64,000 nucleotides of DNA, taken from an uncultured Acidobacteriota bacterium. GTDB lineage: Bacteria; Acidobacteriota; Vicinamibacteria; Vicinamibacterales; UBA2999. The translations under genes were made by a program, and so were the position numbers. This document shows, in pieces, positions 40,666-49,735 of the stretch; position 1 is the first letter of the stretch; the number at the start of each line of letters is the position of its first letter. The DNA lies in the NCBI GenBank assembly GCA_963846425.1, contig CAWJVW010000007.1, positions 13,759-77,758 on the forward strand, in the 5' to 3' direction. The notes below the pieces were generated by a model. The model saw only the letters and a program-made list of their open reading frames with translations, did not search any database and was not told the origin of the DNA.

Positions 40666-40690
40666 CGCCCCCGGAAGGCTTCCGGGGGCG
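40666..40690. terminator. Hairpin downstream of TonB-receptor gene
   Basis: CGCCCCCGGAA-GGC-TTCCGGGGGCG 11-bp stem; weak U-tract. Confidence 0.55.
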
Positions 40691-40711
40691 TCACAAGAGA
40701 TCAGGCCGGTC

Positions 40712-43436
40712 TTAGAACGACCAGCGGAGGCCGAACGTCGCCTGACGCGCCGCCGTGACCGCCGTGGCCCCGCCGAAGTCGACAAAGACGCTGTCTCCGG
40801 TTGGACTGGTGATGCTGGCGCCCGGGAAGCGCGTTTGTCTGGTGGTCACGGTACCCACGTTGAACAGGTTATCCACATCCACGTAGATACCGAATCGGTT
40901 GAAGCCGGCATTGAAGACCTTTTCCAGTCGCAAGTCGACGAGGTTGAGCGTGTCGTTGCGGAAGCTTCCCTGCGGTTCGATCTGGACGTCATTCGAAGTG
41001 TTCCAGCCGAAGGTACCTGCGGTAATCCGCTGAAACGGTGTGTACGTGTTGCCGGTCACGCTTCGAAATAAGGTATTCAACCCGACTTCGATTCGTGGAA
41101 TCTGGTAGCCGAAGAAAATCTTGACCTCGTGTCGGGGATCGATCGGTACCGGCCCGTCACGATTGATGAGAATCGTGTTTGGCGTCTCGAACTGGGAGCT
41201 TTGGAAGCCATTGAAGGCCGCGCTCGTCACCCGGCCTTCGGTCTTCGACAGGACATAGGAAATCTGCCCTTGCCACCGGTTTTGGAGCGGCCTGTTGAGC
41301 ACGAACATCACACCATCGTACTCACGAGTTGCATCGCTAGTGCCAATCGGCTGGCCGCCCGGCCCGAGGTAGGTCACATCATCGACGTTGGTGATGTTGA
41401 AGTGCTGCTCTCCATCTCCTCGGTTCGCCCAGCGATAGATGGTCAACGGCGCGCCCGTCTTCGAGTTGGTGACCGTCAAGGGCGCCCACTGCCCGTCTAT
41501 CAGGAACGAGTTGATGAAATTCTCCGATCGCCTCCGGATGTAGGTCACAGTCGCCTTCATACGACCGAACAGTTGTTGTTCGAGCGCAACGTTGAACTCA
41601 TCCGTGCGTGGGTGCTTGATGTCTGGATCCACCGCGTACTTGTCCTCTGCTGGAACACGATCGATCTCGACCAGCCGGTTGCCAGGCTGCAGAACTTCGT
41701 AGGTCACCTCGTCAAAGATGCCTGGGACCGCCCGGCTCCAGGACGCAAACACGGCGCCGCCGTACAGCTGACCATAGAACGCTCGCACCACAGAGGTCGC
41801 GCGACCGGTCAAGTCCACGGCGATGCCAAGCCGCGGCGCAACAGCATTGCTCGAGTAGTACTCCGTACCATTGGCGCCCACACCGCTATGGCCGTCGATC
41901 CGCACACCGAGGTTTGCCGTGACGCGGCCAAACGTCCACTGATCCTGCGCGTAGAAGGTGTTGCGACGGTTGTCGCCCTCGACGTCGTAGCCGTAGCTGT
42001 AGGCGTACGCCGGCACACCTCCGATGTCGTAGTAATACACATCGTCTACGTAAGTGGAGCGGTTACGGGTGGTGCTGCGCTCGATCTCCATCCCGAACTT
42101 GAAGTTGTGAGTGCCCTTCGCGTCGACGTATCTCGTGTATGACGCGTTGAGCTGGTTGCGCAACCGATCGTATTTGGCGTTGTAGCCGCCTCCGCCCGAG
42201 TACCCGCCATCATCCTGGATGTGAAGCGAGCCCGGTGAAGCGGGATCGAGATCGAAGTATCCCCAGTAACCGGTGAACTTGGCTTCGAAGAAGCTGGACG
42301 ACCCCAGGACCTTGCGGTACTGCCCGTTCCAGACGAACTCGGGCGAGTCCTGTTCGATGGCGAGCGCATCGGTGGTTCCAGGCACAAGGGCGAACGCGTT
42401 GGGACGACCGGTCTGATTGTACTGGTCGGTACTGGAACGTGCCCGTGATGCTGTCGCTCGCTGTCGGTTGAAAGGTGACCTTGGTGTTGAACCGGGGGCT
42501 CACCTCCGTGTGAATCGTGCGAGGCCCGGCCGGATCGTCCCTGATCGAGTACCGCTGGATGCTGGCGAAGAAAAACGCCTTGTCGCGACGGATAGGGCCA
42601 CCCAGCTGCACCGTGTAGTCATTCAACTTGTCCGCGCCCGTCGCGGCAAGCGTCTCATTCTCCGTGTGAACCTCGTCGCTGATGTTGTCACCCCGAAGAT
42701 CCTTCCCGCTGTAGCGATATTCGAACAGGCTGGAATATCGGTTCCCACCGGATTTCGTGATGGTGTTGACCACGGCGCCCGTAAAGCCGCCGTACTCGGC
42801 CGGTTGTCCAAGCGCGCCAATCTGGACCTCGTCGATGATGTTGTAGTTGAAGAAGGTCCACGCGGTGCCGCCTTCAGGGTCACTCGTGTCAACGCCGTCG
42901 AGCAGCAGCGCGTTCCCCGAACTCGCCGAGCCACCAAAGGCTGAGCCGCTGTTCACGCCGGGGGAATAATTCAGCAATTGCGTTGCAGCATTGGTCCGCG
43001 CGATCGGCATGCTGAAGAGTAAGTCCTGCGAAATGGTGGTGTCCGTGGCGGTGCTCGTCGTGTCGACGCTGATTGGACTGGCCGTGACTTCAACTCGTTC
43101 TTCGAGACCGCCGACTCTCATCCCAACACGTAGTGTGATGGTGCGCCCGATGCCGAGATCGAGGTTCTGCTCTTCGTACGGCCGGAACCCTGACAGCTCG
43201 GCGCGCACTGCGTAAGGCCCCGGAGTCAAGCCCACGAAACGGAACACGCCTTGTTCATCGCTCACCGTGTTCTGACTGCCGGTGCGACCGGTCAGCGTGA
43301 CATTGACACCGGGCAAAACAGCGCCCTGATCATCGGTAACGGTGCCCGTGATCGTTCCTGAAAGCGTCTGCGCCGCCGCCAGGGCCGGTAGCGCCGTGAG
43401 GAGCAACGCCAAAAAACCAACTTTGATTCGATTCAT
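40712..43436 (-). pseudogene. Oar-like TonB-dependent receptor with N-terminal carboxypeptidase-regulatory-like domain, split by a 1-nt frameshift near 42428
   Basis: Signal peptide, GTVTDDQGAVLPGV, AEYGGFTGAVVN, C-terminal LRWSF; deleting one G at 42428/9 restores TFQYDQYNQTGRPNAFALVPG and joins both ORFs. May be a sequencing error. Confidence 0.85.
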
Positions 43437-43448
43437 GTTCGCCTCGCC

Positions 43449-43835
43449 TCAGCGACCTGACGACCTGATGCGATCGTTCGACGACGAATACAACGCGTAA
43501 CTTACGCCGACGCCGAACACCGCCAGCACGGCAATGCCGACGGGTCGTTTGAAGAACGACCCAGACTGGAGTTCCGAACTACCGGAGGTCTGCGCCTGCG
43601 CCTCAACCTCTGTATTGCGCACGACCGGGCCCGGTTTGGCCTGCTGGAGGCGATGGACCTCTAGAGCAGCCGCTCGCTCGGCGGATACGCGCAGGGGCGT
43701 CAAACGTTCTGTGGTGGAAGTGGCCGAACTGGGAGGTTCATTTGCCCACACGGTCGTAGGCAGACAACTCAAACCGACAGCCAATGCGCAGACGATCGCG
43801 CACGGCCGACTTGCGAGCCGCACTAACCTAGTCAT
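43449..43835 (-). CDS. Hypothetical exported/membrane protein
   Basis: Signal-peptide-like N-terminus, C-terminal TM (VGIAVLAVFGVGVSYALY); directly upstream of the receptor gene; start uncertain. Confidence 0.65.
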   Translation of the reverse strand: MTRLVRLASRPCAIVCALAVGLSCLPTTVWANEPPSSATSTTERLTPLRVSAERAAALEVHRLQQAKPGPVVRNTEVEAQAQTSGSSELQSGSFFKRPVGIAVLAVFGVGVSYALYSSSNDRIRSSGR

Positions 43836-43993
43836 AACCCTCACCCCCAAAAAGACAAGCGGAAGTCGCGGTCCAGTTGAAGCGTCGGCACACGACCGTC
43901 CGGGGCGGAGTATAAACTAATCACACCACGCTTGGTACCATTCATGGGTTTTGAGGTCTGAATATCACTGGGACGGGTTCCGGTGGTCGAATA

Positions 43994-46351
43994 ATGTTGA
44001 GCTGGCGTTGGCTGTTGGCTCTCTCGCTCATGGCCGGAGCCGTGGCAATTGGGTGGCGATATCTGGTGCCGTCCGAACACCTGGCGGGAGCAGTCAATCT
44101 GGGAAGCCTCGAGCGCGGCATCGATCGGGACGCCTTGAATCTCGTGGTCGTCACGCTCGACACCACACGCGCCGATCGCCTCGGGTCATACGGCGGAAGC
44201 AAAGCCGCTCAGACGCCCACCTTCGATCGGCTGGCGCGAGAAGGCACGCTTTTCGAGCGCGCCATGACAACGGCGCCGCTGACGCTGCCCTCCCACGTGT
44301 CGATGTTCACGGGCCAGTTCCCGCCCGCACACGGCGTGCGCGACAACGGAGGCTTCTTTCTTTCAGCCGATGCCATCACGCTGGCCGAGCATGTGCGCGG
44401 GCTGGGGATGAGGACCGGCGCATTCGTTGGCGCCTTCGTGCTCGATTCAAAGTGGGGCCTCGACCAAGGCTTCGAGCGGTACGCGGACGACTTCGACATG
44501 GCCAAGGCACGCGCCGCGTCGCTCGCCGTGCAGCGGCCAGCCAACGAGGTCGTCGACCTCGCGTTGCCCTGGCTCGAGACGGTAAAGGCCGAACGGTTCT
44601 TTGCCTGGCTCCACTTTTACGATCCGCACGCACCCTACGCGCCGCCGGAGCCCTTCGCGACGCAGTACGCCGGGCGCTTGTACGACGGAGAGGTCGCCTT
44701 TGCGGATGCGCAGTTGGGCCGCGTCGTGGAGTTTCTCGAGTCGCGGGGAATTCTTGAACGCACGATTGTCGCCGTGCTTGCCGATCATGGCGAGAGCCTC
44801 GGGGAACACGGTGAGGGCACTCACGGATTCTTCATTTACGAATCGGCCACGCACACACCGTTTGTGATTCGCGCGCCGTTTGCGCGAACCAAGGGGCGAC
44901 GGGTCCCTGACCTCGTCCGCACAGTGGATCTGACACCAACCCTGCTCGACCTGCTCGGGCTTCCGCCGCTGACTTCGAAGATCTCGGGGCGAAGCCTGAT
45001 CCCCGCGATCACCGGCGATCGGCTCGAGCTCGAACTGGACGGTTACGCCGAAGCGATGTATCCGCTTCATCACTACGGATGGAGCGAGCTGCGGGCGCTC
45101 CGGGCCGGCCGGTTCAAACTCATCGACGCGCCACGACCCGAACTCTACGACCTCGAACAGGACCCGGCGGAAACGCAGAATCTGTTCGAGGAACGGCTGG
45201 CGCTCGGGCAGCGGATGCAATCCGAGCTGCAGACGCTCGAGGCTCAGCTGTCGGCAACGGCGTCGGCAGAAGCACCGTCTGCGGATGTGGATCCAGAGGT
45301 CCGGGAACGGCTCGCTGCGCTTGGCTACGTGGGGTCGTTCGTGGCCTCGGCGTCGAGCCCCGACACGGCGCGCGCGGATCCGAAGGATAAAATCAATCTG
45401 TTCAACCTGATGAGCCGCGCGCGCAATCGAGGCAGGGATGACCCCGAGGGCTCGTTCAAAGAAGTCGTGGCGTTGCTGGACGAAGTGGTGCGGGCCGACC
45501 CGCAGGTGATCGACGCCTGGTTCACCCTGGGCAACACGTATTTCAAGGAGGCGCGATTCACGGAAGCGATCGTCTATTTCAAGCGCGCACTCGAGCTCAA
45601 GCCCGACTACGATCTGGCGCTCATCAACATGGCCAACTCCTATCGGGCGCTCGGACAGGACGAAGCGGCGCTTGCCGGATACGAGCACTACTTGCGCGTC
45701 GATCCCAAAAACGCGTGGGTTCACTATCAGGCAGGAGAAGTTTGTCTCGATCGCAACGATCTGGAGGCCGCCGAAGCACACTTCAATCAGGCCATCGCAA
45801 TCGATCCGAAAGTTGCGGCGGCCCGCAACGCGCTAGGGACGATGGCGTTCAGACGCGGCGACGTCTCCGGGGCTGAGAAGCTCATACGCGCGGCGCTCGT
45901 CGACAAACCCGACGTCCGGCTCGCACACTTCAATCTAGGATTGATTGCGGAGGCAGTTGGTGATTCCGCGAAGGCGGCGCAAGAGTACACGCGTGAGCTG
46001 GCGCTTCACGACACCGCCTATCGCGCAGCCTTCAATCTTGCGCGTCTGCATCAGCGCGAGAACAGACATGGCGAGGCCCTCACCTATTTCGAGCGAGCAG
46101 TAGCCATCAATCCACGCTTTGGCGAGGGGCACTTTTATCTCGCGAAGGCTCAGCTGGACACTGGCCGACTGGAGTCGGCGTTGGCGTCCGCACGGAAAGG
46201 TCTCGAGATCGATCGACATGGCCGGGTCGCCGCGATGGGCTACTTCGTCATCGCGGACGTGTTCGCGCGCCAAGGCAACATGGCCGCCGCCGAGCGCGCC
46301 TTTTCGCAGGGTCGTGCCGTCGAAAGCCGCGTGGCCGGCCAGGGGCGCTGA
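43994..46351 (+). CDS. Membrane-anchored sulfatase/alkaline-phosphatase-superfamily hydrolase fused to TPR repeats
   Basis: TLDTTRAD, PLTLPSH, HFYDPH, ADHGE, ELYDL, LAALGY, then TPRs. Confidence 0.88.
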   Translation: MLSWRWLLALSLMAGAVAIGWRYLVPSEHLAGAVNLGSLERGIDRDALNLVVVTLDTTRADRLGSYGGSKAAQTPTFDRLAREGTLFERAMTTAPLTLPSHVSMFTGQFPPAHGVRDNGGFFLSADAITLAEHVRGLGMRTGAFVGAFVLDSKWGLDQGFERYADDFDMAKARAASLAVQRPANEVVDLALPWLETVKAERFFAWLHFYDPHAPYAPPEPFATQYAGRLYDGEVAFADAQLGRVVEFLESRGILERTIVAVLADHGESLGEHGEGTHGFFIYESATHTPFVIRAPFARTKGRRVPDLVRTVDLTPTLLDLLGLPPLTSKISGRSLIPAITGDRLELELDGYAEAMYPLHHYGWSELRALRAGRFKLIDAPRPELYDLEQDPAETQNLFEERLALGQRMQSELQTLEAQLSATASAEAPSADVDPEVRERLAALGYVGSFVASASSPDTARADPKDKINLFNLMSRARNRGRDDPEGSFKEVVALLDEVVRADPQVIDAWFTLGNTYFKEARFTEAIVYFKRALELKPDYDLALINMANSYRALGQDEAALAGYEHYLRVDPKNAWVHYQAGEVCLDRNDLEAAEAHFNQAIAIDPKVAAARNALGTMAFRRGDVSGAEKLIRAALVDKPDVRLAHFNLGLIAEAVGDSAKAAQEYTRELALHDTAYRAAFNLARLHQRENRHGEALTYFERAVAINPRFGEGHFYLAKAQLDTGRLESALASARKGLEIDRHGRVAAMGYFVIADVFARQGNMAAAERAFSQGRAVESRVAGQGR

Positions 46352-46408
46352 AACGTGCGTCAAAGGCGGCCGACTCGACCGGAAAAAGAAAACGCTACAA
46401 TCTCAACT

Positions 46409-47251
46409 GTGTCGCGCCCTCCTCGTGTCGGACGCCAGGATCCGCGCGAAGTCGCTGAGCTTCGCGCACTTGCCGAGCGGCAGCCGGAGCTCTCCGCCGC
46501 GGCCTCCTTGCAAATCGATCTGGTAAGCGCGCTGCGTCGCATTCAAGGTCGCACCGCCACGGCATCGGTCATCGTGTCCGACGGAGAAATGGCATCCCGT
46601 CTGTCGAGCGGCCGTCCGTTGATTGATTTCGATCGGCTTCCGATCGATTGGAACGAGGCGCGCTTGCTGTTTCGTCAGGTGACCGATGTGCTGCGTCGAC
46701 ATGACGCGCTCGATGCGGCCGCCGCCACGCGCCTGCACGAGATCGGACGCGGCTCGTCGCTGCCCGATCTGGCGAGGCGTTGGTTCGAACACGGTAGTAA
46801 CGAGCCGCCGGTCGAAATGCTCGACGAAGTGATCGCCTGGTCCATGCGCCCGTTTCTCGTGCGCACCGCCGATGTGCTCCAGCAACGCCGTGAACACAGC
46901 GTGCCGTTTGGCGCGTGGAAGCGGGGCGTGTGCCCTGTGTGTGGGGGCGAGCCGGATTTCGCGTGCATCACGACGTCTGGCGAGCGTTTGTTGATTTGCT
47001 CGCGTTGTCAGACGCGCTGGCCGACCGAGCCGTTTGCGTGCCCATTCTGCGGCGAAGCCGACAAGCGCCGCATCACGAGCTTTGCCACGCCGGACGGCAC
47101 GTACCGCGTGACGGCCTGTCAGTCCTGCAAGCGGTATCTGAAGACGCTCGACATTCGGCGCGCAGGCCGCGCCGTGATTCCAGCGCTTGATTCGATCGCG
47201 ACCTTGCCGCTCGATGCGGTCGTGATGCAGAAGGGGTTTTCCAACAGTTGA
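46409..47251 (+). CDS. fdhE: Formate dehydrogenase accessory protein FdhE-like
   Basis: Four CxxC (CPVC, CSRC, CPFC, CQSC) and YLKT, LPLD; start GTG 46409 or 46355. Confidence 0.8.
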   Translation: MSRPPRVGRQDPREVAELRALAERQPELSAAASLQIDLVSALRRIQGRTATASVIVSDGEMASRLSSGRPLIDFDRLPIDWNEARLLFRQVTDVLRRHDALDAAAATRLHEIGRGSSLPDLARRWFEHGSNEPPVEMLDEVIAWSMRPFLVRTADVLQQRREHSVPFGAWKRGVCPVCGGEPDFACITTSGERLLICSRCQTRWPTEPFACPFCGEADKRRITSFATPDGTYRVTACQSCKRYLKTLDIRRAGRAVIPALDSIATLPLDAVVMQKGFSNS

Positions 47252-47289
47252 AGCAAGGCTCCCCACGAAGCACACGAAGGAATTAATCC

Positions 47290-47610
47290 ATGCTTCTCAG
47301 CACAACCAGCGTCATCGACGGTAAACGCATCGTGACGTATCACGGGCTCGTCACCGGCGAGGCGATCCTCGGCGCGAATATTTTTCGGGATCTCTTCGCC
47401 GGCATCCGCGACATCGTCGGCGGCCGGTCGGGCGCGTACGAGAAAGAGCTCCGACGCGCGAAGGATCTGGCGATCCAGGAAATGATCGACCAGGCCCAGG
47501 CGATGGGCGCGAACGCCATCATCGCCATCGACCTCGATTACGAGACCGTAGGGCAAGGCGGATCGATGTTGATGGTCAGTGCGAGCGGGACGGCGGTGAC
47601 GTACTCATGA
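47290..47610 (+). CDS. ybjQ: UPF0145/YbjQ family protein
   Basis: [41 protein letters not shown]. Confidence 0.92.
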   Translation: MLLSTTSVIDGKRIVTYHGLVTGEAILGANIFRDLFAGIRDIVGGRSGAYEKELRRAKDLAIQEMIDQAQAMGANAIIAIDLDYETVGQGGSMLMVSASGTAVTYS

Positions 47611-47679
47611 GTCACGTGAGTTTCCAGTTGTCAGTTACCTGTTCAAAGACAAAAGGTAACTTGGTCGATGGCAAAAAAT

Positions 47680-47706
47680 AAAAGGGGCGCCGCGAGGCGC
47701 CCTTTT
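47680..47706. terminator. Bidirectional intrinsic terminator flanked by heptamer repeats
   Basis: AAAAGGGGCGCC-GCGA-GGCGCCCTTTT between convergent ybjQ and pbpG. Confidence 0.8.
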
Positions 47707-47733
47707 GAAGTGAAACTGATAACTGAAACTGTT

Positions 47734-48861
47734 TCAGTGCAGCGTCTCTTCCTGCGGCTGCGGCGGCGGCGCTGGACTGCCAATGCCGAGCAGCCGTTGC
47801 GTGTGTGCGGTCATCCAATTGAGAAGATGGCGCGTCTCCCAGAACCGGCCCTGGTTCGACTTGGCGCCGAGGACGACGACCGCGACCTGCTGGCCGGATT
47901 GCGGCAGACGAAGAAGCGTCGCGACGCAGTAGCCGGAGCGGCTGATGAATCCGGTCTTGCCGCCCAGCACGTCGAATTCGCCACTGCGCACGAGATGATT
48001 CGTGCTCGAGATGTTGATGGTGCGTTTGCCGCTGTAGACGGTATGGGTGGCCCTGCGCATGATCGCGCCGAGCCGATCGTCGGCTGAGGCAAACGCAATG
48101 AGGCGCGCCATGTCGTACGCCGACGAAACATTCGACGCCAGCAACCCAGACGGGTCGGCGTATCGCGTCTGCTCGAGCCCGAGCTCAGCGGCCTTTTCGT
48201 TCATCCGATCGATAAACCCCGAGGCGCCATATGGCGAGATGCGCGCAAGCGCCCGTGCCGCAGCGTTGTCGGATCCAATGAGCAGGAGATTCATCAGATC
48301 ATCGGCTGTGACCTGATATCCTGCGCGCAGATACGTCGTGGACGCACGATACACGTCAGCGCGAACGACGTTGACGGGTGTCGTCATCGGCGTGCCGGAT
48401 TCGAGGAACACGAGCGCGGTCATGACCTTGGTGATGCTGGCGATCGAGCGCTGATCTTGCGCGTTCGATTCCCACAAAACCTGATTGGTCTCAGGGTTGT
48501 AGATGATGGCGGCCTCGGCACGCACATCCGGTACCTGCTGACCGAGATCGTCGAGCTTGAAGCGCGGGGTCTGGACTTCGCGGACTTCGCGGGCCCGCGC
48601 TTCGGCGCGTGCCCTGGCGAGTCGCGCGCGACGAGCGCGAGAGGCGCTGGCCGAATATGCTTTCTTTGTACTACGGCGCTTGACAGACGCTTTCTTCGCC
48701 GTTCCCGACTGGGCGCTCTTGGTAACTGGCGGGCGTGTGGATCTCGTCCGCTGAGGCGACGTTTGAGCGGACAGCGGTTGAGCTGGCAGACCAAGGACTA
48801 GCCCGACAATAAGGGCCGCGCTAAGCCGAACCATTCTCTGAAAGGCACCCGGATGCTTCAA
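47734..48861 (-). CDS. pbpG: D-alanyl-D-alanine endopeptidase/carboxypeptidase (peptidase S11, PBP7-like)
   Basis: ASITK, SDN, KTG catalytic motifs; basic N-terminal extension; start uncertain. Confidence 0.82.
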   Translation of the reverse strand: MKHPGAFQRMVRLSAALIVGLVLGLPAQPLSAQTSPQRTRSTRPPVTKSAQSGTAKKASVKRRSTKKAYSASASRARRARLARARAEARAREVREVQTPRFKLDDLGQQVPDVRAEAAIIYNPETNQVLWESNAQDQRSIASITKVMTALVFLESGTPMTTPVNVVRADVYRASTTYLRAGYQVTADDLMNLLLIGSDNAAARALARISPYGASGFIDRMNEKAAELGLEQTRYADPSGLLASNVSSAYDMARLIAFASADDRLGAIMRRATHTVYSGKRTINISSTNHLVRSGEFDVLGGKTGFISRSGYCVATLLRLPQSGQQVAVVVLGAKSNQGRFWETRHLLNWMTAHTQRLLGIGSPAPPPQPQEETLH

Positions 48862-49029
48862 AATCTCGCCCCTAGAGCCGGAAGGAGAACCACAGCAGAG
48901 ACAGTGGTCCTCTAGTTTCTATAAACGTTTAGTCGGCATTGTAACATGTTCCCTGTAGAGGTCAAGGCTATCCCTCAGCAAAATATGGCTTTAGGGCGAT
49001 CGAAATCGCCGCCGTGTAGAAATTACCCC

Positions 49030-49590
49030 ATGACCGAGCTAGCACAGCAGGAATATACCCTCCTCCGCGAAACCATCAGATCTCGCGGCGGAGCTCGACC
49101 ATTGGTGGCATTGGCGGGGATTTCCGCCTGGGCGGGCGCCATGTTGGGCGTGCTCATATGGCTCCCAAACCCTCTTGCAGCAGTGGTGCCGCTGCTCATA
49201 TTGGTGACAGCCTTCGAGGTCATCCGGTCGCTCCATCTCGGCGTTGAGCGCATCGGACGTTACATTCAGGTATTTTTCGAAGAGGACGTCGCCAAAGAGG
49301 TTGCGTCCCTTCAACCGCCCGCGTGGGAGCACACAGCGATGGCGTTCGGGCCAAGCGTACCCGGCGCCGGAGGCCATCCGCTGTTTTTTCCGATTTTCCT
49401 GCTGGCAACGTTCGTGAACTTGATTGCCGTCATCCTGCCGGGCCCGCTGCCCATCGAGATTGGCACGCTCCTCGTTCCTCACGTGGCCTTCATCGCGTGG
49501 ATGCTGTATTGCGATCGCGGGATGCGGCAGCAGCGGACGACTGAGCTAGTGCGTTATCGCGCGCTCAAGAAGGACTCGCTCCGCTCGTAG
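49030..49590 (+). CDS. Hypothetical four-TM membrane protein
   Basis: ATG 49030; EYTLLRETI followed by hydrophobic segments. Confidence 0.7.
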   Translation: MTELAQQEYTLLRETIRSRGGARPLVALAGISAWAGAMLGVLIWLPNPLAAVVPLLILVTAFEVIRSLHLGVERIGRYIQVFFEEDVAKEVASLQPPAWEHTAMAFGPSVPGAGGHPLFFPIFLLATFVNLIAVILPGPLPIEIGTLLVPHVAFIAWMLYCDRGMRQQRTTELVRYRALKKDSLRS

Positions 49591-49735
49591 GAGTCGCTCG
49601 CCTTTGGCTCGCTCCTGGGACTCGCGCCTTCGGCGCTCGTATGGGCTCGGCCGTTCGGCCTCGCATTCGTGGTTCCCGTCAGCATACTGGAGCCGCGGCC
49701 GAACGGCCGCGGCCCTCACGAGCAAAGCGAGTCCC
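49575..49735. repeat. REP-like palindromic cluster between convergent genes
   Basis: CTCGCTCCGCTCGTAGGAG, GCGCC-TTC-GGCGC, GGCCG-TT-CGGCC, CCGCGGCCG-AA-CGGCCGCGG. Confidence 0.7.

Noticed and set aside
42420-42435. Programmed ribosomal frameshift or phase variation in the receptor gene
   Set aside because: No slippery heptamer or simple-sequence tract at the shift site
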